From positions 21,818 to 85,817 of the forward strand of contig JAOKVV010000003.1 of assembly GCA_028336925.1 (NCBI GenBank): 64,000 nt of DNA, written 5' to 3'. Origin of the DNA: Vicingaceae bacterium. Its GTDB lineage: Bacteria > Bacteroidota > Bacteroidia > Flavobacteriales_E > Vicingaceae. The position numbers and the translations under genes are program-made. Positions 9,914 through 16,914 of the stretch are shown here, one piece after another. The notes below the pieces were generated by a model, which was given only the letters and a program-made list of their open reading frames with translations, made no database searches and had not been told where the DNA came from. How positions within the stretch are numbered: position 1 is the first letter of the stretch; the number at the start of each line of letters is the position of its first letter.

Positions 9914-11332
9914 CTACAATAAAGTAGAAGGGCAAACGTAATCTGTTGTTTTAATTCCCGCTTCTTTTATTGCTGCGAAACCGCCCTCAACATCTATTAT
10001 GTTATGAATCCCTCTACTTTTTAATATAGAGGCTGCAATCATACTTCGATAACCACCTGCACAGTGCAAGTAAAATGACTTCTCAATTGGAAATTCTGCT
10101 AAATGCTTATTCAAAAAGTCAAGTGGCGTATTATTCGCTATTTCTATATGCTCAGATTTGTATTCGGTTTCTTTTCGTACATCAAAAACAGGATAATGAG
10201 TGTCTTGAGCAAGAGCTTCCTTAAATTTTGCAGTTGAAACTGTACCAACAGAATCATATTCTTTCCCGGCCTTTCTCCAAGCTTCAAAACCACCCTCTAA
10301 GAATCCCAATGTATTATCAAAACCTACTCGAGATAATCTAGTTATGGTTTCTTCCTCTCTTCCTTGGTCTGCCACTATTAAAATAGCTTGTTTAGTATCT
10401 ACGATCATTGCTCCTACCCATTGTGCAAAGTTTCCGTCAATTCCTATAAATATTGATCGAGGAATATGACCTTTTGCAAAATCTTGCTGAGAGCGAACAT
10501 CTATGACTAGCGCTCCAGTTTCATTTGCAGCTGCTTCGAAGGCTGCAGGAGAAAGTGGCCGTTCAGCCTTTTTCATCACAACATCTAAACTTTCGTACCC
10601 TTTTATGTTTAACAACACATTTTGTGGAAAGTATCCGGGAGGAGCCAACAGTCCATTTAAAAGTTCTTTTTTGAACTCCTCTTTTGTCATATCAGGACGT
10701 AAAGCATAGTTTGTTTTCTTTTGATTTCCCAATGTATCAGTCGTTTCTTTACTCATATTTTTCCCACAAGCAGAGCCCGCTCCGTGATTAGGATATACGA
10801 TTAAATCATCGCCTAAGGGCATAATTTTATTTCGCAAAGAATCAAATAAATGACCAGCTAATTTATCTTCTGTTAAATCCGAGATAACATGTTGCGCTAA
10901 ATCAGGACGACCTACATCTCCAATAAATAAGGTATCCCCTGTAATTATTCCATGTTCTCTACCTTCCTCATCAATCACCAAAAAGGTAGAACTCTCCATG
11001 GTGTGCCCAGGCGTGTGCAACACTTTTACTTTGGATTTTCCAATTGCAAAAACTTGATTATCTTCAGCAATAATCGCCTCATAACCAGGCTTAGCAGTAG
11101 GTCCAAAAACAATATCTGCACCTGTCTTATTCTTTAAATCTAGATGACCGCTTACAAAGTCGGCATGAAAATGAGTTTCGAACATGTATTTAATTGTTGC
11201 ATTATCCTCTATTGCTCGATCCATATATGGTTGAACCTCTCTTAAAGGATCAAAAATCGCTACCTCACCATCACTTTCTAAGTAGTATGCTGCATGTGCT
11301 AGACAACCGGTATATATCTGTTCTAATTTCAT
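9914..11332 (-). CDS. MBL-fold persulfide dioxygenase fused to two rhodanese-like domains (CstB-like)
   Basis: ETHFHADFVSG, HTPGHT, TGDTLFIGDVGRPDL and HGAGSACG motifs. Middle rhodanese domain has no catalytic Cys; C-terminal rhodanese has HCAGGYRS. Confidence 0.9.
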   Translation of the reverse strand: MKLEQIYTGCLAHAAYYLESDGEVAIFDPLREVQPYMDRAIEDNATIKYMFETHFHADFVSGHLDLKNKTGADIVFGPTAKPGYEAIIAEDNQVFAIGKSKVKVLHTPGHTMESSTFLVIDEEGREHGIITGDTLFIGDVGRPDLAQHVISDLTEDKLAGHLFDSLRNKIMPLGDDLIVYPNHGAGSACGKNMSKETTDTLGNQKKTNYALRPDMTKEEFKKELLNGLLAPPGYFPQNVLLNIKGYESLDVVMKKAERPLSPAAFEAAANETGALVIDVRSQQDFAKGHIPRSIFIGIDGNFAQWVGAMIVDTKQAILIVADQGREEETITRLSRVGFDNTLGFLEGGFEAWRKAGKEYDSVGTVSTAKFKEALAQDTHYPVFDVRKETEYKSEHIEIANNTPLDFLNKHLAEFPIEKSFYLHCAGGYRSMIAASILKSRGIHNIIDVEGGFAAIKEAGIKTTDYVCPSTLL

Positions 11333-11398
11333 GGTATATATTTTATTAATGAATATCTAATTATACTACAAAGTTAAACGGAGTAAATTTCGAAAAAA

Positions 11399-11412
11399 GT
11401 GACATTTGTTAC
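11399..11412 (-). promoter_or_regulatory. Palindrome GTGAC-ATTT-GTTAC upstream of the MBL-rhodanese gene; candidate Crp/Fnr site
   Basis: 9/10 match; 22 bp from a consensus -7 box TAACTTTG (minus strand, 11369-11376). Confidence 0.78.
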
Positions 11413-11445
11413 ATAATAAATGTTTTTGAAGATATTCTCCCATAT

Positions 11446-11572
11446 CAGACCTTCAGAATTTTTATTAGTAGATAACTAATCTAAGCAGACCTCCAAGATT
11501 TTGAAGCCTAGAAGGTTTCCGATGTCAAATCCATGAAGCTAATTAGACACCATGCAAAACTCTTCGAGGATT
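11446..11572. repeat. Degenerate REP-like palindromic repeats (CAGACCT...AGGTTT)
   Basis: CAGACCTTCAGAATTTT (11446) and CAGACCTCCAAGATTTTGAAGCCTAGAAGGTTT (11486-11518), plus a possible half copy near 11556-11572. Resembles, from memory, the AGACCTnnnAGGTTTT-AAAACCTnnnAGGTCT extragenic palindromes of Bacteroidota. Confidence 0.4.
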
Positions 11573-11641
11573 AGTAAGCATAAAAGAAATAACACTATGA
11601 TAGTTAATCAGATATCGAATATTGATTGTTGAAATGAAATT

Positions 11642-11717
11642 GCATTAAGGATAATAGCGGCATCCTTTTATGAAATAAAAGATATAGCGGATAGTCTGAC
11701 CTCTAGGTAACGCCCAA
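11642..11717 (-). ncRNA. Structured intergenic element resembling the Flavo-1 RNA motif
   Basis: Minus strand GGGCGTTACC-TAGA-GGTCAGACTATCCGCTATATCTTTTAT-TTC-ATAAAAGGATGCCGCTATTATCCTTAATGC. Has an internal hairpin and possible GCGTTA/TAATGC end pairing. Family match is from memory, not a covariance search. Confidence 0.5.
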
Positions 11718-11729
11718 GAAGAAAAAAAC

Positions 11730-12527
11730 CTATCCCAATTCCTTAATAATAATGTAAACTCCCATCAGTAAGACAAACCAACCAAACCCTTTTTTGAGTT
11801 TTTTGCCATCGATAAATTGATTTAAATAGATGCCCACAAATATCCCGACTATTGACAGAAAAGTAAAACTGCCTAAGAATAACCAATCGATTTCTAAATT
11901 TTGAACATCTCCCAAGAAGCCGATTAAAGATTTAATAGCAATAATTAATAATGAGGTGGCTACTGCTTTTTTCATAGGTAGTCGAGCCAATAAAACCAAT
12001 GCGGGAATTATTAAAAAACCCCCTCCTGCTCCAACGATTCCTGTAACAACGCCAACCAACAAACCTTCTAAAATAATTAGGGGGTAATTGTATTTAATTT
12101 CTTGTTCTTCATCTGATTCCTTTCGATTATTCCGAATCATTGAAATGGAAGCTAGCAACATTATAACGGCGAAGAAAATCATGATGGCAATATTCTTCGT
12201 CAATAAAAACTCTCCGAATTGGGTAATCTCTTCCGGAATTGCCGGAATTAAGTATTTTCTGCTGACATAAACTGCTATGAAAGCAGGAATCGCAAATACA
12301 ATGGCCGTTCTAAAATCAACTAATCCTTTTTGCATATTTCGAATGGCGCCCACTAACGATGCTGAACCTACTACAAATAAAGAATAAGCTGTGGCTAATA
12401 CAGGATTAATTCCTATTAAATAGACTAAAACGGGAACGGTAAGAATAGAACCACCACCACCAATCAATCCTAATACTAAACCAATTAGCAGTGCTCCTAC
12501 ATACCCTAAAACTGTAATTAAATCCAT
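11730..12527 (-). CDS. Sulfite exporter TauE/SafE (TSUP) family membrane protein
   Basis: Two repeats of the GLIGGGGSILTVP / GIVGAGGGFLIIP motif, ATAYSLF and AVATSLL, about 8 hydrophobic segments. Confidence 0.93.
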   Translation of the reverse strand: MDLITVLGYVGALLIGLVLGLIGGGGSILTVPVLVYLIGINPVLATAYSLFVVGSASLVGAIRNMQKGLVDFRTAIVFAIPAFIAVYVSRKYLIPAIPEEITQFGEFLLTKNIAIMIFFAVIMLLASISMIRNNRKESDEEQEIKYNYPLIILEGLLVGVVTGIVGAGGGFLIIPALVLLARLPMKKAVATSLLIIAIKSLIGFLGDVQNLEIDWLFLGSFTFLSIVGIFVGIYLNQFIDGKKLKKGFGWFVLLMGVYIIIKELG

Positions 12528-12573
12528 GAGAGTAATTTAAGCTCCAAAACTAGTGCTTTAAATAAAACCTGAA

Positions 12574-12589
12574 TGTAACAGTAGTTACA
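12574..12589 (-). promoter_or_regulatory. Palindrome TGTAAC-AGTA-GTTACA upstream of the TSUP gene; candidate Crp/Fnr site
   Basis: Perfect 6-bp arms; core (12575-12588) is 22 bp from consensus -7 box TAGTTTTG (minus strand, 12545-12552). Confidence 0.8.
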
Positions 12590-12590
12590 T

Positions 12591-13235
12591 TTAATCTATT
12601 TTATTGAATACGATATGATTTCGATGTAGCTCAATAGTTCCCATATTCTCCAAGGTTTTCAATAATCGAGAAATAACTACTCGTGATGTATGCAAGTCAT
12701 AAGCAATTTGCTGATGGGTAGAATTGATCGTATTGTCTTTTGAAATTCTAACTTTTTCCTTTAAATAGGCCAATAGACGCTCGTCCATCTTTTTAAAAGC
12801 TATTCGATCAATTGTTTCCAACATTTCATTCAAGCGATTGTGGTAACTAGCAAACACAAAATCACGCCAAGTACTGTATTTAGCGATCCATTCACTCATT
12901 TTCTGAACAGGGATCATAATTAGCGTTGTGTCCAATTCAGCTACTGCTCTAATTTCACTTTTGCTCATTCCCATGCAGCACTGCATGGTCATCGCACAGG
13001 TTTCTCCGCGCTCCAAAAAATAAAGTAGTAGCTCATCACCTTCCTCATCTTCGCGCAAAATTTTTACAGCTCCAGAAACTAAAAGCGGCATCGACTTTAC
13101 ATAATCGCCAATTTCAATTAAGTAATCGCCTTCCGACACTTCTTTAAAAGTTCCTACTTGAGTAATCTCCTGCAATAACGCCTCTTCAAAAAGATGGCCA
13201 TAATTTTCTTTTAATACTTCAATCATATGAAACAT
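12591..13235 (-). CDS. Crp/Fnr family transcriptional regulator (start may be 13226)
   Basis: N-terminal cNMP-binding-like barrel (LVSGAVKILREDEEGDELLLYFLERGETC) and C-terminal Crp HTH (THQQIAYDLHTSRVVISRLLK). Confidence 0.93.
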   Translation of the reverse strand: MFHMIEVLKENYGHLFEEALLQEITQVGTFKEVSEGDYLIEIGDYVKSMPLLVSGAVKILREDEEGDELLLYFLERGETCAMTMQCCMGMSKSEIRAVAELDTTLIMIPVQKMSEWIAKYSTWRDFVFASYHNRLNEMLETIDRIAFKKMDERLLAYLKEKVRISKDNTINSTHQQIAYDLHTSRVVISRLLKTLENMGTIELHRNHIVFNKID

Positions 13236-13445
13236 ATCAAATACTAACTTTCAAAAATCTCAAATATAGTAAAATGAGGGAGTCGTAGCTTCTGAGAAAT
13301 TACTTTAAGTTAAAAATAAATTATCATGTCTCTTTCCTCGGTAGTAATCAAGTTTAAAAAAAGCTTGATGCTTCTATTGATTTAATTAATTTAGCAAAGC
13401 GTAAAAAAGAATATGCGCAAGTAAGACCGTCTAATATTAAGTGCA

Positions 13446-14186
13446 ATGAACTTATTATCGCATATTGGAAAATTCTCAATGCTAATTGCTAGAGCTTTTA
13501 GCAAACCTGAGAAAATGAAGATTTTCAGGCGTCAATTGATGTTTGAAATTGATTCGTTAGGAATTGGCTCCATGGGTATTATTGCTATTATCTCCTTTTT
13601 TATGGGTGCAGTAATTACCATCCAAACCTCATCAAATATTGATAGCGCATTTATTCCTGCTTACACTGTAGGGTTTACCGTTCGGCAATCTATGATTCTC
13701 GAGTTTGCTCCTACTATAATTGCATTAATTCTTGCAGGAAAAGTGGGCTCTAACATTGCCTCTGAGATAGGCACAATGCGTGTTTCAGAACAAATTGATG
13801 CTTTAGAAATAATGGGAATCAATTCTGCTTCTTATCTTATTTTACCAAAGATCACTGCAGCAGTTATCATCAATCCTTTTTTAGTTATCATAAGCATGTT
13901 TATTGGGATGGCAGGCGGTTACATAGTGGCCTGGGGAACAGGAATAGTAACTACCTCAGAGTATCTTTATGGTTTAGAGTATGATTTTAAGATATTTGGT
14001 GTTTATTATGCCATCGTAAAAACAATATTCTTTGCATTTATCATTACTGCTATTCCTTCATATTATGGCTACTACACCAAAGGAGGTTCGCTAGCAGTTG
14101 GAGCCGCAAGCACCAAAGCAGTGGTTACAAGCAGTATCGTGATACTATTTGTAAATTATGTACTGACTCAATTATTGCTTATTTAA
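13446..14186 (+). CDS. mlaE: MlaE family ABC permease (lipid asymmetry)
   Basis: AGKVGSNIASEIGTMRVSEQIDALEIMG signature; overlaps the start of the ABC ATPase. Confidence 0.92.
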   Translation: MNLLSHIGKFSMLIARAFSKPEKMKIFRRQLMFEIDSLGIGSMGIIAIISFFMGAVITIQTSSNIDSAFIPAYTVGFTVRQSMILEFAPTIIALILAGKVGSNIASEIGTMRVSEQIDALEIMGINSASYLILPKITAAVIINPFLVIISMFIGMAGGYIVAWGTGIVTTSEYLYGLEYDFKIFGVYYAIVKTIFFAFIITAIPSYYGYYTKGGSLAVGAASTKAVVTSSIVILFVNYVLTQLLLI

Positions 14187-14938
14187 TGATCAAACTAGAA
14201 AACATAAGTAAGGCATTTAATGGTGAACAAATCCTATCGGACATTGGGATTACCTATGAACAAGGGAAAACTAACTTAATAATTGGAGCTAGTGGTTCGG
14301 GAAAATCAGTATTAACAAAATGTACCGTTGGATTAATACAACCAGATACAGGCAAGGTTTTCTATGATGATCGAGAATTTACAGCGTTAGATAGCAAATC
14401 ACGGCAAGAGATTCGAACAGAAATCGGTATGCTTTTTCAAGGCAATGCGCTGTTTGACTCCTTGACTATAGAGCAAAATGTAATGTTTCCATTGCAAATG
14501 CACACAGATATGAAAAGTGATGAAATATTAGAACGTGTTAACTTTTGCTTGGAGCGTGTGCAACTAACAGGCGTAAATCATAAATACCCTGCTGAAATCA
14601 GTGGTGGCATGCAAAAAAGAGTTGCACTAGCGCGTGCAATTTCTATGAAACCTAAATACCTTTTTTGTGATGAACCCAATTCAGGTCTAGATCCACAAAC
14701 ATCTATTGTTATTGATCAATTAATCAGCGAAATAACAAAAGAATATAATATGACCACTATAATCGTAACCCACGATATGAATTCCGTAATGGAAATTGGT
14801 GACAAGGTGATTTTTATTCACAAAGGTCGAAAATGGTGGGAAGGGAATAGTGATAGTATTCTCAGCACCACCAATAAAGAATTATCTGATTTCGTTTTTG
14901 CTTCAAGCGTAATGAAACGATTAGTGGATAAAAAGTAA
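14186..14938 (+). CDS. mlaF: MlaF/Mkl family ABC ATP-binding protein
   Basis: Walker A GASGSGKS, FQGNALFDS, ISGGMQKRVALARA, DEPNSGLDP, VTHD. Confidence 0.9.
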   Translation: MIKLENISKAFNGEQILSDIGITYEQGKTNLIIGASGSGKSVLTKCTVGLIQPDTGKVFYDDREFTALDSKSRQEIRTEIGMLFQGNALFDSLTIEQNVMFPLQMHTDMKSDEILERVNFCLERVQLTGVNHKYPAEISGGMQKRVALARAISMKPKYLFCDEPNSGLDPQTSIVIDQLISEITKEYNMTTIIVTHDMNSVMEIGDKVIFIHKGRKWWEGNSDSILSTTNKELSDFVFASSVMKRLVDKK

Positions 14939-15008
14939 TAATCCATCCACTAAACCCAACACAATAAAAAATAATTGAATTATTCACGCGCTTTTAATGG
15001 CATAAAGC

Positions 15009-15767
15009 CTAATCCTTATTAACATACACCGCTGATGCCTGAGCAGTTGGCATAATGAGCACATCATTGATATTTACATGGGCAGGCCGCGAAGCAATAA
15101 ACCAAATGGTTTCAGCAATATCTTCAGCGTGTAAGGGCTCAAATCCTTTATAAACTTCTTCTGCTCTTTTAGCATCTCCATGAAAACGAACTTGAGAAAA
15201 CTCTGTGTCTACCATTCCAGGACTAACTGAAGAAACTCGAATACCTTCCTTTAATAAATCAATTCGCATAGACTTGGTTAATGCTTCTACTGCATGTTTG
15301 GTAGCACAATACACATTCCCATTGGCGTAAGCTTCTTTACCCGCTATGGAACTAATGTTGACAATGTGCCCTTTTTTATTGGCAATCATCAGCGGAATAA
15401 TACTTTTAGACACATATAGCAAACCTTTTACATTGGTATCGATCATTTTTTCCCAATCATCTACATTTCCGCTTTGAATAGGATCTAAACCACTCGCCAA
15501 TCCGGCATTATTGACCAAAACAGTTATCCTTCTCCAATCTTCTGGTAAAGAATTAATGGCCTCAATAACGGAGGCTTGCACCCGAACATCAAAAATCAAC
15601 GTTTGAACTTGCACATCGTACTCTTCGGTTATTTTCCTCGCCAGCTCGAGCAATCTTCCAGCTCTTCTACCTGTAATAATTAAGTTATAGCTATGTTTCG
15701 CAAATTCTATGGCGGTGGCTTCTCCAATACCTGAAGTAGCTCCTGTAATTAAGGCAATCTTTGTCAT
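15009..15767 (-). CDS. SDR family NADP-dependent oxidoreductase (YdfG-like)
   Basis: TGATSGIG, NNAG, YCATK, RPAHVNIN. Confidence 0.9.
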   Translation of the reverse strand: MTKIALITGATSGIGEATAIEFAKHSYNLIITGRRAGRLLELARKITEEYDVQVQTLIFDVRVQASVIEAINSLPEDWRRITVLVNNAGLASGLDPIQSGNVDDWEKMIDTNVKGLLYVSKSIIPLMIANKKGHIVNISSIAGKEAYANGNVYCATKHAVEALTKSMRIDLLKEGIRVSSVSPGMVDTEFSQVRFHGDAKRAEEVYKGFEPLHAEDIAETIWFIASRPAHVNINDVLIMPTAQASAVYVNKD

Positions 15768-15772
15768 GTAAT

Positions 15773-15963
15773 TTATTTTGTTGATCGTTTTCTCGCTAAA
15801 TAATAAATGGCAGCTCCGATTAAAAATAGGCCCAACTTAAAGCTGTAGCTACTTTCACTTGTTCAATTTCCATCCTCTACGGTAACACTAACATATAGGC
15901 ACTAATAAAAGCGAAAATCATCATTAAAACTCCTATAATTCGAAATAGTTTATCCAATGGCAT
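15773..15963 (-). pseudogene. Possible degraded small two-TM membrane protein gene
   Basis: ATG at 15963 gives MPLDKLFRIIGVLMMIFAF...; another frame gives ...FKLGLFLIGAAIYYLARKRSTK* ending 5 nt before the SDR start. Joining them needs one frameshift and one TGA. Confidence 0.35.
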
Positions 15964-16020
15964 AAGCTAATTGGTTAGGTAGATTGGATTCAAATTTAGG
16001 AGAAAGTTTTTTTAATTCAA

Positions 16021-16893
16021 CTAATACTTCACTGTTACTCTAATCATCGGTAAAAACTCAAGTCCTCTAAAAGTTGGTTCATCGAAATTCAATATCTGCC
16101 ATGCAACTTGAGGTCTACCCCAACAGTATAATAATGATTCATTACTTTTTACTCTCCCAACTCCAACTCTAACAAGCTCTTCCTTCGACTTCGCAAGGCC
16201 TATGCTATCTAACGCCAATTCTCCGTTATAACTATAATTGGGTAAATTTTCAACTCCTATAAAAACAGTATTTTTAACTGGTATTCTATAATCTGAAACG
16301 TCAATAGTTACCCATCCTTTTTTGGCAGGAGGGACAACAACTCTCTCGTTTAACAATCTCGTTTTCGGAAATCCACTAACTGAATCGATATCATAAGCCC
16401 TCAACAGAAATTGATTTCTAGGATTTTGCTCTGAATGTTTCACATAGACCTCTATATTTTCTAAGTAAGACTTTGGCACCTGGTTTAGTATAATTCCTGT
16501 TATCCACCCCAACAAATCTCCATGTCCATTTAGCTGAATTTTAGATTTTTCAATTCCCAACTGCTCATATTGATACTCTGCCTTTATTTCTACTTCGGGT
16601 AAGTCCCTTGCTAATTCTTCTAATAAAATAGTATCAGAAATATCATTTACTAAAAGTGAAATCGTTTTATAACCAATACTACTTATTTTAAGTGTGTCCG
16701 ACTCTTTTAACCCCCCTAAACTGAAAACTCCACTATTAGAAGTGTAAGTTCCTTTTACAGTTGAATTGACCGAAATATTTACAAATTGTAGTGGTTGATT
16801 TTGATTATTAACTAAAACAGAACTAACACTCACTTGAGCGAAACAATTCTGAAAAATAAAAAAGAAGGAAACAAAAAATAATCTACTCTTCAT
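16021..16893 (-). CDS. Exported protein with N-terminal carboxypeptidase-regulatory-like domain
   Basis: Signal peptide, then PLQFVNI...GTYTSNSGVFSL...DTLKISSIGY...LPEVEI; C-terminal domain not recognised. Confidence 0.75.
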   Translation of the reverse strand: MKSRLFFVSFFFIFQNCFAQVSVSSVLVNNQNQPLQFVNISVNSTVKGTYTSNSGVFSLGGLKESDTLKISSIGYKTISLLVNDISDTILLEELARDLPEVEIKAEYQYEQLGIEKSKIQLNGHGDLLGWITGIILNQVPKSYLENIEVYVKHSEQNPRNQFLLRAYDIDSVSGFPKTRLLNERVVVPPAKKGWVTIDVSDYRIPVKNTVFIGVENLPNYSYNGELALDSIGLAKSKEELVRVGVGRVKSNESLLYCWGRPQVAWQILNFDEPTFRGLEFLPMIRVTVKY

Positions 16894-16914
16894 AGTGAAT
16901 AAATATACAAGAAT

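Noticed and set aside
15773-15963. In-frame TGA as evidence for recoding (Trp or Sec)
   Set aside because: dinB and tatD end at TGA at the expected positions, so code 11 applies, and a frameshift is needed anyway.
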